A stretch of 52,772 nucleotides of DNA, taken from positions 1-52,772 of IMG/VR virus record IMGVR_UViG_3300048995_000004, one strand, 5' to 3'. Under the pieces are notes generated by a model that was not told the DNA's origin, made no database searches, and saw nothing but the letters and a program-made list of their open reading frames with translations. The position numbers were made by a program, and so were the translations under genes. This DNA is from a virus. Lineage: Duplodnaviria > Caudoviricetes. Positions 19,827 through 28,514 of this stretch are shown here, one piece after another; the first letter of the stretch is position 1; the number at the start of each line of letters is the position of its first letter.

Positions 19827-20245
19827 TCGTTCAATTCAGTGAGGCACAGACTGTAGGCGACCAGTACCACGTAACTGCTGTCATAGACAACGACATGAAG
19901 CAGTTGCTAGTCGTCACAACTCCACACGTGGCGGCTTGGGCAGACCGTCTCGGAGTGAGTCATGACGATGCAATCGATGCGATCCTAGAGTCGCGATTCC
20001 CTCCTGGGACGGTGTTTCTACCTTTGGCAGAGGAACACCGTACCGAGATCACTGAAGGAGTACAAGATGTCGAGGTACACGAAAGCTTGGGCAGCCCTGC
20101 TGGCAGGCCTGATCGTGGCAGTGCCGGCCTTCCAGGCGGCGCAGAGCGACGGAGTTTCGTTGGGCGAGTGGCTGACCATTCTGGGGTTGTTCGTCCCAGC
20201 GGTCGTAAGCGCGTTGGCGCCCGCAAACAAACTCACCACGGGTGA
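19823..20245 (+). CDS. Hypothetical protein (3' part overlaps the holin)
   Basis: ATGA coupling; reads 179 nt into the holin gene in another frame. Confidence 0.55.
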   Translation: MIVQFSEAQTVGDQYHVTAVIDNDMKQLLVVTTPHVAAWADRLGVSHDDAIDAILESRFPPGTVFLPLAEEHRTEITEGVQDVEVHESLGSPAGRPDRGSAGLPGGAERRSFVGRVADHSGVVRPSGRKRVGARKQTHHG

Positions 20246-20321
20246 GCTGGTCGACCAGATCGACAAGAACCCGGATGTGCAGCTGAAGTCGATCACGGCT
20301 TCGCCTGACATCACCAAGTAA
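20067..20321 (+). CDS. Holin
   Basis: 84 aa, two TMs, 'KAWAA..DGVSLGEW..APAN' actinophage holin pattern, GAAGGAG SD. Confidence 0.75.
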   Translation: MSRYTKAWAALLAGLIVAVPAFQAAQSDGVSLGEWLTILGLFVPAVVSALAPANKLTTGELVDQIDKNPDVQLKSITASPDITK

Positions 20322-20327
20322 CAGACT

Positions 20328-20382
20328 CCTGGCCCTGCACCCCTCGGTTCCTCCCCGAGCGCCTTGGTGCAGGGCCAGGTTT
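20328..20382. terminator. Terminator between the convergent genome arms
   Basis: 14-bp stem CCTGGCCCTGCACC/GGTGCAGGGCCAGG followed by TTT. Confidence 0.8.
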
Positions 20383-20862
20383 CTACTTCTTGAGCTTCGC
20401 CAGCCAGCTACCGTCGTGAAGCGTGAACACTAGGTAGTTGAGGAGGTGGCGGATAGCGTCACGCTCATGCCGCGAACGGCCCTTCCACAACTCCACACGC
20501 TTCAGTTTGTCGTCGTTCCAGAAGTGGTTCTCACCCTTGCCCTTCTGGGAAGGTGAGACCATGATGCACAGGACATGGTTGAGGTCACACCAGATCCTGA
20601 TGACGCCGACGTACTCGCCTGCATCGTAGTTCAGGTTGTCACGATCCTGCTTGTCCTTCTGGAACTCGAACTTCTCCAGAAGAAGCACGTCGCCAGGTGC
20701 GACATGGTCAGCGAGCCAGTCCCAGAGGTACTTGTGCTGACTGATCCCGATGTCTTTGCTAGCCTGCTCGAGGTCGAGTGTCAAGCTGACCACTACCAGA
20801 TCGATCAGGTGGATGCTTGCAATCCCAGTGTGAGGCCCAGGATCAATCGACCAGACTCTCAA
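20383..20862 (-). CDS. RuvC-like Holliday junction resolvase
   Basis: 'SIDPGPHTG', 'LLLEKF', 'HERDAIRH' RNase H-fold catalytic pattern. Confidence 0.8.
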   Translation of the reverse strand: MRVWSIDPGPHTGIASIHLIDLVVVSLTLDLEQASKDIGISQHKYLWDWLADHVAPGDVLLLEKFEFQKDKQDRDNLNYDAGEYVGVIRIWCDLNHVLCIMVSPSQKGKGENHFWNDDKLKRVELWKGRSRHERDAIRHLLNYLVFTLHDGSWLAKLKK

Positions 20863-21274
20863 CGAGCTCTCCTGTCATCGCGATTGCTATCGGCTGACGC
20901 TCAGCGGTGAAGTATTCGCCACTAAACGCGGAATGATCGTAGTCGTCGACGACGTAGTCGAATTCCTGACCACGAAGGTTCGCGTAGAAGTCCTGCGGGC
21001 CCCACACGGACTTGGCGATCTGTGCGCGCGTGTGATTATGCGTAGCTGGACAGGTTTCCTTAAGGTGAGTGTGGCTACGCTGACAGAGCCAGTCGGCGCT
21101 GACCTTGCACAGTGTCTCGTTGACCATCCGAGATGTGTGCAACACCCTGCGGTGTGTAGGAGTCACAATGACTCGTGACCACTGAGGGTAGCCCTCCTTT
21201 ATGTGCCCCGCCAGTAACCACTCGATGAGCTTGGTTGTCTTACCTGATCTCCGGTCACCTACAATGATCTTCAC
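20843..21274 (-). CDS. Small P-loop NTPase-like protein
   Basis: GDRRSGKTT Walker A, YVVDD Walker B-like; GGAG SD before GTG 21274. Confidence 0.6.
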   Translation of the reverse strand: MKIIVGDRRSGKTTKLIEWLLAGHIKEGYPQWSRVIVTPTHRRVLHTSRMVNETLCKVSADWLCQRSHTHLKETCPATHNHTRAQIAKSVWGPQDFYANLRGQEFDYVVDDYDHSAFSGEYFTAERQPIAIAMTGELVESLVD

Positions 21275-21319
21275 GGATTCTCCGTCCATGGGCCGTGTGG
21301 AGTTTTGTTCAAGGACATC

Positions 21320-21430
21320 CTGGTTAGACGAGGGTTAGACCGAGCAACTCTTTCACGGGTCCTAGGGTAAAGACCTAGCGAAGTCATTCGGTCTAACCCT
21401 CGTGCTAACTAGTTAGACAGCCCTTAGACT
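21320..21430. repeat. TTAGA/TCTAA phased-box element, copy B
   Basis: 16-bp perfect IR ACGAGGGTTAGACCGA(21328-21343)/TCGGTCTAACCCTCGT(21388-21403) plus CTAAC..TTAGACAGCCCTTAGA. Confidence 0.85.
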
Positions 21431-21747
21431 TGCTCGCTAGCTAGTTGTTCTCTAGCGAGAGCGATCCACTCTTTGCGGTCCTCGATCTCCGCTTCCCACC
21501 GAGCGATGCGTCGCTGCAGAGTCTTGGCGTTCGAGGTGATCGCCAGCTCGATGTTCTCGGGCTTCAGGTTTGCCTTGTTGCCGTCCTTGAAGATGGCTCG
21601 CTCGCCCGATACGAGGGCCCGTCCCAGCTTGCGTTCCAGGACGAGAGTGTGCGTGGCGACCCAGCCACGGTCCTCGGTCTTCGTCTGGCTGTAGCCGTTC
21701 TGGTTGACGGTGACCGTCCCTACGGCTGCAACCTTACCTCTGGCCAT
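21424..21747 (-). CDS. HNH-like protein, probably catalytically degenerate, with C-terminal coiled coil
   Basis: 'HTLVLERKLGRAL..GERAIFKDGNKANLKPENIEL' matches the HNH_3 pattern but the HH pair reads IF. Confidence 0.7.
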   Translation of the reverse strand: MARGKVAAVGTVTVNQNGYSQTKTEDRGWVATHTLVLERKLGRALVSGERAIFKDGNKANLKPENIELAITSNAKTLQRRIARWEAEIEDRKEWIALAREQLASEQV

Positions 21748-21898
21748 CGGGATCCTCCTCTTCTTGTACTGTTCCCATGGTTACTTGAACGTTGATACCT
21801 TCAAGTGCCAGCCCTGCTGCAGCTCTTGCAAGGACTTCTGCTGCCTTCGAAACTTGATTCGGATCGTCTGAGACGACTGTGACACTAACTACGATCAC
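21734..21898 (-). CDS. Hypothetical protein (54 aa; not in the ORF track)
   Basis: GTGA coupling to the polymerase stop; MIVVSVTVVSDDPNQVSKAAEVL... Confidence 0.55.
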   Translation of the reverse strand: MIVVSVTVVSDDPNQVSKAAEVLARAAAGLALEGINVQVTMGTVQEEEDPDGQR

Positions 21899-24288
21899 AG
21901 GTCACCCCAGTTTGTTCCGTAGCTGATGTCTACTTCGAATGGGACGTAGGTGGTGATACGACAAGCCGCTTCGACCATCTCGCGTCGTAGCATCTCGGAC
22001 ACCAGCTCACGGTCCTTCTCGGCACACTCTGCGACGAGGGCGTCGTGGATCGTGAGGCGAATGAAAGCAATGCCGCGTAGTAGAGGCCGAAGTCGAATAA
22101 GAGCTGAGAGGCAAATGTCCGAGGCCGTCGACTGTGGGAGGTAGCTGAGGGCTTCATTGAAGACGCCGTTCTGGTTCTGCTTCGTGATGAGTGCGAACCG
22201 TCGACGCCGACCGAACGGTGAGATGAGGTCATGCCCGTCGAGGACGCGCTGCTTGATTGAGGCCTGCCAGTCCACGGTAGCAGGAATCGTGTCGAGGAAC
22301 GCTGAGAAGTCCCTTTGCGCTTCGTGGAGAGGAATCTTGTACTCCCTGGCGATGGAGTAGTACTCCCGTCCGAAGGCGATGCCGTAGAAGAATGCCTTGA
22401 CTCTGACACGCTGTTCCTTGTTGTTCGGATCGAATCGACTCTTGTATAGGCCTAGGCCTAGTTGGTTGAAGAGGTCTGCTCCGCTGGCGAAGATGTCTCG
22501 CAGGTATACGTCCTGAGCCAACCAAGCAATGACTCGGCCTTCAGCCTGCTTGTAGTCCGCGTGTACGAAAACGTTTCCAGGCTTGCTGACAACGAACTGC
22601 CTCTTGATAGCCTTGTCCCGAACAATGTTTTGTAGGTTCGGATTCCGAGACGCCAGGCGTCCACTTGTTGTTCCGTGGAGGAGATAGTTGGTAAAGACAC
22701 GATTGCCGTAAAGCCTTTGCCGAATACCCTTGACAAAGGTCCCGTATCGCTTCGCCTCGAAACGATGCTCCAGTAGTCCGTTAACGAACATACCTGCATA
22801 GGATGTTTCGGAGAGTCTGTCTTGAAGACCAAGTAGTGCCTCCTTGTTCGTGGTCTCCATCCGAATGCCTTGGTTGTACAGGAACTCCTTGACCTGCTTC
22901 GGCGACCTCGGGTTGATCTCGACCACTTCACCCTTGGTGGCGAAGTTGACGATGTCGCTGAGGGCCTTCTCCATGTCGTTGAGCTTGGCGACGTACGAGT
23001 GGCTCAGCTCGGTGTTGTAGTCGACGTCAACCGTGATGCCGTTGAGTTCCAGGTACATCAGCTGGTTCGATGCTGCAACCAGGAAGTCATGCCAGTCGCG
23101 AAGCGACTTGACTGGGAGATCGGGATAGGGCCATTCTTCAGTCGTGACAGCATCCAGTTCAACGCTGAAGAGCTCGAATAGGTTCCAGGTACAGGCAACG
23201 TCGAGGGCGTTGTACTTGTAGAGGATCTCTCGAGGGATGTTGGCGTAGTTCCCTCCGCGCGGCACGTACTGTTTGATCTCGTCGTCGTATGCTGGTGCAC
23301 CCAATCGTTCCACGGCCAGGATCTTGAGACCATGCCCACCCGAACGTTCGTCCAGAGCGTAATGCGCGAGCATTGTGTCAAACCACAATTCCAAACGGGG
23401 GAATAGTGGCCAGAGTCCGGCAAGATCGAACTTCCCATTGTGTGCGATAAGCTTAGAGCGATGCAGTAGTTTTGCCAGGCGTCCCCTGACTTGTGCATTC
23501 TTCATCGCCTCCTCGCCGATGACAGCTGCTTCGCCCTTCGCCCAGGCGAGTCCGACGCAGAGCATCTGGTACATGTTCGGGTGACCGAATGAGGTATCCT
23601 TCTCGATACCGACTTCGATGTCGACGACCAAGTCATACGTCTCGGTCGAGTTCTGTTGCGCCATGAGGTCGTCGAGGAATGTGACAGCCATGAGAGGCTC
23701 GTCGAAGTAGCCCCAGTTCGGCTCTCGCCAGTCGCCGAGCTCTAGCTGGTTGACCTTACCGATGTCCGTGACTAGCGTTGGAAATGCATCTGCATTTCGC
23801 AGACAGTAAGCTGGGTGCCACGTCGGGATAACTCTTTGAACACTCCCACCGCTAAGCGCTCCTGTAGGCCGCTTGGGGGGCCCCACTCGTAGTGAGGTAA
23901 TGGTCCGAGGGTCGTCAACGAGAGCGTTAACGGCCGTTCCACCCAGTGCAACGACATCCGTAGCTCCTGAGGCCCGAAGTTCCCCCATGAGACGTGGTCG
24001 ACAAGCAGCTTGTGCCGCCGCAGGAGGTGTAGCATTATCCGCGGGGCGACATAGGCAAACATTAGTGTACATCACCTCACTTCGCTTGAAGCCGTGGTAG
24101 TTCAGGACCTTGTCCAGTAGCTGACCAGAAGGGCCCTTGAAGGGCTCCTTGTAGATCGTCTCCTGAAAGCCAGGAGCTTCGCCCACTACTGCGAGGCGGG
24201 GCGCCCCCACTGGAATCAGTGAGGGCGCCATGCGCTCGTCCTTGAGTGGGCACGCGGAGCAGTTAGCTCCGGGCGCCTTCGGTTCCAC
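21895..24288 (-). CDS. polA: DNA polymerase family A with N-terminal family-4 uracil-DNA glycosylase domain and 3'-5' exonuclease
   Basis: CSAC/GEAPG/TNVCLC/HPAY (UDG4); DIE/HNGKFD/YNALD (exo); SGRLAS..PNLQN, DYKQAE, K..F..G, IHD (PolA). Confidence 0.93.
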   Translation of the reverse strand: MEPKAPGANCSACPLKDERMAPSLIPVGAPRLAVVGEAPGFQETIYKEPFKGPSGQLLDKVLNYHGFKRSEVMYTNVCLCRPADNATPPAAAQAACRPRLMGELRASGATDVVALGGTAVNALVDDPRTITSLRVGPPKRPTGALSGGSVQRVIPTWHPAYCLRNADAFPTLVTDIGKVNQLELGDWREPNWGYFDEPLMAVTFLDDLMAQQNSTETYDLVVDIEVGIEKDTSFGHPNMYQMLCVGLAWAKGEAAVIGEEAMKNAQVRGRLAKLLHRSKLIAHNGKFDLAGLWPLFPRLELWFDTMLAHYALDERSGGHGLKILAVERLGAPAYDDEIKQYVPRGGNYANIPREILYKYNALDVACTWNLFELFSVELDAVTTEEWPYPDLPVKSLRDWHDFLVAASNQLMYLELNGITVDVDYNTELSHSYVAKLNDMEKALSDIVNFATKGEVVEINPRSPKQVKEFLYNQGIRMETTNKEALLGLQDRLSETSYAGMFVNGLLEHRFEAKRYGTFVKGIRQRLYGNRVFTNYLLHGTTSGRLASRNPNLQNIVRDKAIKRQFVVSKPGNVFVHADYKQAEGRVIAWLAQDVYLRDIFASGADLFNQLGLGLYKSRFDPNNKEQRVRVKAFFYGIAFGREYYSIAREYKIPLHEAQRDFSAFLDTIPATVDWQASIKQRVLDGHDLISPFGRRRRFALITKQNQNGVFNEALSYLPQSTASDICLSALIRLRPLLRGIAFIRLTIHDALVAECAEKDRELVSEMLRREMVEAACRITTYVPFEVDISYGTNWGDL

Positions 24289-25057
24289 GTGCCCACCTCA
24301 TGTACGTGTTGATGTTGTCCTGCAGCAGGTAGCGGTCGAAGCCGCCCGACCAGTCACGTTCGAAGTACTCCACCGGCCGTTCGATGCGAGCCGCGTAGGT
24401 CGTCAGTACGACACCTGCGAGGGTGTAGTTGTACGGCAGCGAACTGTCGACACTACGTACCCACGGGAACCTGTCGGCGATCAGGCTCACCTCGTTTGGG
24501 ACCTTCGGGTTCGTCCCGAGCAGGTGGAACTTGAATCGATCCTTGTACTCCTGGTTCACGTTGAGAACCTGGTACCGGAAGTACTTGTCGATGTCGCAGA
24601 AGTGCCTCGGGATGCCGACCGTGGTGATCTGCGGCCACTTCGCGAACTGTTCGAGACTCTCGATCACTTCGCCCATCGACCCTGATGTCTGCAGCACACC
24701 CATCATGCCGAACGTGTAGCTCGGCTTCATGAAGTTGTACCAGACGTCGTAGGCCTTGATGGCCTTGACCGACGACTCGATCGTACCCTCGACGCTTCGC
24801 ATCTTGTCGGGCAGGACGATCTCGTTGGCCTTGATGTCCAGTGCCGTGTTGAAGAGGTAGTCGTTCGTGACCATGTCCCCTTCGTAGGCACCGTTGTCCA
24901 GGATCACGAAGTCGTCAGGACCGACAGGGCCGTAGCCGCGAGTGAAGGCCTTCTTGTAGTCCGGATCGGCCGAGCACTGCTGAGCGAGGACCAGGTGGAA
25001 GTCCGACTGTCCGGCAGTGAGGTACAGACCCATCGGCGGGATGAGTGCGGCTTTCAC
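24263..25057 (-). CDS. DpdA/TGT-like TIM-barrel base-exchange protein (divergent)
   Basis: 'ILDNGAYE', 'VLPD', 'FHLLG', 'SVDSS' recall TGT/DpdA motifs; adjacent to the folE/que genes; GTGA-coupled start at 25057. Confidence 0.65.
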   Translation of the reverse strand: MKAALIPPMGLYLTAGQSDFHLVLAQQCSADPDYKKAFTRGYGPVGPDDFVILDNGAYEGDMVTNDYLFNTALDIKANEIVLPDKMRSVEGTIESSVKAIKAYDVWYNFMKPSYTFGMMGVLQTSGSMGEVIESLEQFAKWPQITTVGIPRHFCDIDKYFRYQVLNVNQEYKDRFKFHLLGTNPKVPNEVSLIADRFPWVRSVDSSLPYNYTLAGVVLTTYAARIERPVEYFERDWSGGFDRYLLQDNINTYMRWARGTEGARS

Positions 25058-25293
25058 TCGCGCACCATCAGCCCGCGGACGACCACGTCGTCCTTCGTCT
25101 CCGACACGATCTCGAGCGTCTGGCCCTTGACCATGTTGACCATCCTGCCGTCGATCTGGTGGACATCGACGGAGCGGTCGGCCTCGTTGTACTTGACCGG
25201 CGGGATCGATCCGATCTCCGGGAAGTACTCGTTCTCCGTGAAGAAGTCCTGGACGTCCTTGAACAGGTTGTTGTAGACCATGGACGGGTTCAC
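25054..25293 (-). CDS. Hypothetical protein (79 aa)
   Basis: GTGA coupling at both ends; MNPSMVYNNLFKDVQ... Confidence 0.7.
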   Translation of the reverse strand: MNPSMVYNNLFKDVQDFFTENEYFPEIGSIPPVKYNEADRSVDVHQIDGRMVNMVKGQTLEIVSETKDDVVVRGLMVRE

Positions 25294-25631
25294 TGGCCGT
25301 CTCCCTTCGAGATGAAGCCTGCCTTGCCGAGCATCTCCATGCCCGGCTGCGGGTCTGCAGTGGACTTGTTGCCCTCGGCGATCGTCTGCAGGATGCCGTC
25401 CTGCATCGCACGGAGCTTGATGTAGGCGAACCGGATGTAGTTGCCCATGTCGACGATCTCGTCCAGGGCGTGCTCGAGCGTGTCGATCCCGAGCCACGTG
25501 CCGGCGCCGTACTTCTGCTCGCCCAGTTCGTGCTTCTCGATGCAGCGCTGGTCGAACTCACGACTGTACCCGTTCAGTCGCTCCTGGAGAGCCTTGCTCT
25601 CCGTCTCGGTCAGGTCGTCGAAGTTCTTCAC
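25290..25631 (-). CDS. dNTP diphosphohydrolase-like protein (all-alpha NTP-PPase/DUF5664-like)
   Basis: 'GEQKYG..W..LEHALDEIVD..NY' pattern. Confidence 0.55.
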   Translation of the reverse strand: MKNFDDLTETESKALQERLNGYSREFDQRCIEKHELGEQKYGAGTWLGIDTLEHALDEIVDMGNYIRFAYIKLRAMQDGILQTIAEGNKSTADPQPGMEMLGKAGFISKGDGQ

Positions 25632-25954
25632 GCGAATCGCTCCTCGTTGAACCTGCGCTTCGCGTCCCAGATTTCCTTCCAGTTCGTGTCCTTGAACTCC
25701 GGGAGGCCCATCAGGTTGCACAAGTAGATCAGGACGTCGATGATCTCCTCGGGCAGCTCGAGGTAGACGTCTTCGAAGGTGATCGACCCTCGGACGATCT
25801 TCTTGACGAGGTTCGCGACCTCGCCGGCCTCGCCGCACATCGCGAGGGTGGTGAAGCCGAGGTCCTGTGCGCCAGGGAACCACCGTGCGCTGTCACTAGT
25901 GCACTGAGTGATCATCGCCTGCAGAATCATAGCGTTGTCGGTATTTTGTGTCAC
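25628..25954 (-). CDS. MazG-like nucleotide pyrophosphohydrolase
   Basis: 'GEAGEVANLVKK..EEIIDVLIY' ExxE..ExxD motif. Confidence 0.85.
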   Translation of the reverse strand: MTQNTDNAMILQAMITQCTSDSARWFPGAQDLGFTTLAMCGEAGEVANLVKKIVRGSITFEDVYLELPEEIIDVLIYLCNLMGLPEFKDTNWKEIWDAKRRFNEERFA

Positions 25955-26613
25955 TTGATTGCCTCCAGGAATTCCATCTTTGCCGTCTTCGTGTGATCGC
26001 TGAACACGCCTAGCGTCTTGGTGGTGATCGTCTTCGCACCGGGCATCTGCACACCGCGAACGGTCATGCACATGTGCTCGGCACGCAGCTGCACGATCAG
26101 GCCCTTGGGGTTCAAGCCATCCTGCAGCCAGTCCGTGATCTGGGCGGTGAGGCGCTCCTGCGTCTGGAGACGCTTCGCGAAGTGCTGTACGGCCCGACCG
26201 AACTTGGACAGGCCTGCCTCCCACTCGTTCGGGACGTAGCCGATGTGCGCAACGCCGACGAACGGGATCACGTGGTGGTTGCAGACGCTCACAAACGGGA
26301 GGTCACGGACGACGATCATCTCGTCCGTCTCCGCCGGGAACGACTTCCACTTGATGCACTGCTCCTCGCAGTCGCGACACTCCGTCAGCTCCTCCAGCAT
26401 GGAGACGAACCGCTTCGGTGTGCCGTAGCCGTGCTCGGAGGTGACATCGAGGCCTGTATGAATCTGCAGGATGTTCTCTGCATCATCGACAGTCGTGCCG
26501 AAGGTGTTTCCGAGCTTCTCCTGGCCCTTCAGCTCCTGGAATCGTCCCTGCAGAGCATCGTACCGATCCTGCAGCTCTGCCTCGATCATGTTGGGTCCTT
26601 CGACCGATGGCAT
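25951..26613 (-). CDS. folE: GTP cyclohydrolase I
   Basis: 'TPKR', 'SVCNHHVIPF', 'GLSK', 'LQTQERLT', 'HMCMTVRG'. Confidence 0.95.
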   Translation of the reverse strand: MPSVEGPNMIEAELQDRYDALQGRFQELKGQEKLGNTFGTTVDDAENILQIHTGLDVTSEHGYGTPKRFVSMLEELTECRDCEEQCIKWKSFPAETDEMIVVRDLPFVSVCNHHVIPFVGVAHIGYVPNEWEAGLSKFGRAVQHFAKRLQTQERLTAQITDWLQDGLNPKGLIVQLRAEHMCMTVRGVQMPGAKTITTKTLGVFSDHTKTAKMEFLEAIK

Positions 26614-26614
26614 A

Positions 26615-27199
26615 TCAGACTCCTTGTGGCTGTACGATCTCGTGTGCGTAGGAGATCGGAAGAATGGTACCGTCCGGACCGTAGAGGCTCTGGGTCTTCT
26701 TGTTGATCAGATCCAGAAGGTTCACACCGACAGGCTTCGGGTAGTCTTGACCTCCTTCCCAGGAAGCCTCAGCCCAGTTCGTGTACGTCTCCTGAACGGT
26801 CACTTTGTACGTCCAGTGCAGCTCCCTCTTCGTGTGCTGGCACAGGTAGTGGTCCAGCTCCACGCCTGCCCAGTTGGCGATCCACTGGACGATGTTCTCC
26901 ACTGTCGGGTTGGCAGGACACAACGTCGTGCCCTTCAGACCCAGCGCTGCGTACTCGTCCTCCTCCCAGAGCAACAGGTGGTGGTCGAACGTGGTGTCGA
27001 CGTACGTCCTGAAGCAGAACTTGAAGAAGGCGAAGTCCACACCATCCAGGAAGCCGAGCTTGTTCACCTGGTCCGTGTTGGCCTCAGCGGACAGCCTGAT
27101 CTTCATCGAGTGTCCGTGAATGTTGTTGCACGTGTTCGGCATAGGTACCTGCGCGAGACGATGTGCAACCTGTACTTCGTGGTCAGCTCCGACTCTCAC
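26615..27199 (-). CDS. queD: 6-carboxytetrahydropterin synthase, paralog 1
   Basis: 'AHRL', 'CNNIHGH', 'DHHLL', 'PTVEN', 'ET'; C-terminal extension. Confidence 0.85.
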   Translation of the reverse strand: MRVGADHEVQVAHRLAQVPMPNTCNNIHGHSMKIRLSAEANTDQVNKLGFLDGVDFAFFKFCFRTYVDTTFDHHLLLWEEDEYAALGLKGTTLCPANPTVENIVQWIANWAGVELDHYLCQHTKRELHWTYKVTVQETYTNWAEASWEGGQDYPKPVGVNLLDLINKKTQSLYGPDGTILPISYAHEIVQPQGV

Positions 27200-27963
27200 T
27201 TCCCGCGCACATCCTTCCACAGCAGGATGTGGGTGCGGTACGAGATACCGTAGCCACGCTCGACAGCGCCGTCGACCAGCGTCTTGGCGATGGCCATGTT
27301 CTTCTCGGCCGTGACACCTTCGGGCATGACCATGACCTGGTGAGGCTTGACGCCGGCGATCTTGACCAGCTCGTCGATCTCGTCGAAGTCGGCCGGGTCG
27401 CGCATGACGAACTTGAACCACGAACGGTCGTCGTTGCCGAACCACTCGAGCACGTCGGGCTTGCGACGCATCTCGAGCCGGTTACCGCTGTGGGCCAGCT
27501 TGGGCGAAACGTTGAACTGCGTCACGTGCTTCTCGAACTCGCTGTCCGGGATCAGCGTCGCAGCGGTCTCGACGTGGATGTCGTTGCCGTAGCCGGCCAG
27601 ACGTGCCGCGAGAGGGGCCAACTCACGGGACTGCATCATCGGCTCACCGCCCGAGATGACGATCATCGTCGGTTGCGTCTCGACATCCCAGGCACCTCTG
27701 AAGCGCGGATTGGTCGGGTGCGGCGTCTTCAAGTACCCGATGACCTCGTCCGTGGTCAGCTCGAAGAGGTTGTCGGCCTTGTCGAAGATGACGGGGACTT
27801 CGAGCTTGTTCGCCTGCCGCTCGTTGAAGGCCCAGGTGTACGCCGTGTCACACCATCCGCAGGCCAAGTTGCAGTTGGAGACGCGGACGAACATGCAGTG
27901 CTGTCCTCCGGCGGAACCCTCGCCCTGTACGGTGGGTCCGAAGATCTCGTTGATCTTAAGCAT
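27196..27963 (-). CDS. queE: 7-carboxy-7-deazaguanine synthase (radical SAM)
   Basis: 'EIFGPTVQGEG', CNLACGWCDT, 'SGGEP', 'ET', 'VSPK', 'KFV'. Confidence 0.95.
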   Translation of the reverse strand: MLKINEIFGPTVQGEGSAGGQHCMFVRVSNCNLACGWCDTAYTWAFNERQANKLEVPVIFDKADNLFELTTDEVIGYLKTPHPTNPRFRGAWDVETQPTMIVISGGEPMMQSRELAPLAARLAGYGNDIHVETAATLIPDSEFEKHVTQFNVSPKLAHSGNRLEMRRKPDVLEWFGNDDRSWFKFVMRDPADFDEIDELVKIAGVKPHQVMVMPEGVTAEKNMAIAKTLVDGAVERGYGISYRTHILLWKDVRGK

Positions 27964-28514
27964 CAGATTACTACCTTTCCGCCGAAGCCCGTCCAGACGA
28001 CGAAGCATTCGGCACCGTTGGTGTTGGTTTCTTCTAGGCGGCAGATCGTGTCGGCGTGGAAGGTCTCCGCAGCCCACATAGCGATCCATAGTGCTAGGTT
28101 CTCGACCGTCGGGTCGTCGTCCATCAGTACGAGACCTGGCAGCCAGGCCTGCTCGTTGGTAAGTTTGACTTGCAGTACGTCCTCGGCCGTTCCTTCCTCT
28201 CGCATCTCCTTGGGAATGAGCCAGGTCTTGATCTCGGCCGTCTGGTAGATCGGACCGGCCCAGGTGTCTGCTTTGTTCAGGAGCAGATGATGGTCGTAGC
28301 CCTCGTCGATGTACGTTCGGAACGCCTTCTTCATGGCACCGAACTCGAAGATGATTCCGTCACGGTTCTTCACCATGGCGGTCGCATCGTCGTACTCGAG
28401 GTTGACGAAGACCAGTTCGATCTCCATCCCGTGCCCGTGGATCTGCTGGCACTTGCCAGGTGTTTTCGTCAGCCTGTGTGCCACCTGCATGTTGTGGCGA
28501 ATCTTAAGTCTCAT
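27963..28514 (-). CDS. queD: 6-carboxytetrahydropterin synthase, paralog 2
   Basis: 'AHRL', 'CQQIHGH', 'DHHLL', 'PTVEN', 'ET'; internal insertion. Confidence 0.85.
   Translation of the reverse strand: MRLKIRHNMQVAHRLTKTPGKCQQIHGHGMEIELVFVNLEYDDATAMVKNRDGIIFEFGAMKKAFRTYIDEGYDHHLLLNKADTWAGPIYQTAEIKTWLIPKEMREEGTAEDVLQVKLTNEQAWLPGLVLMDDDPTVENLALWIAMWAAETFHADTICRLEETNTNGAECFVVWTGFGGKVVI

Noticed and set aside
24263-25561. Long N-terminal extensions in the ORF track (432-aa DpdA-like, 563-aa neprosin, 330-aa AAA, 276-aa QueD) suggesting fusions
   Set aside because: The extensions overlap real upstream genes in other frames; coupled starts or SDs define shorter genes
25290-25954. Diaminopurine (Z-genome) pathway suggested by the two pyrophosphatases
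   Set aside because: No PurZ/adenylosuccinate synthetase homolog seen; the neighbours are deazaguanine genes
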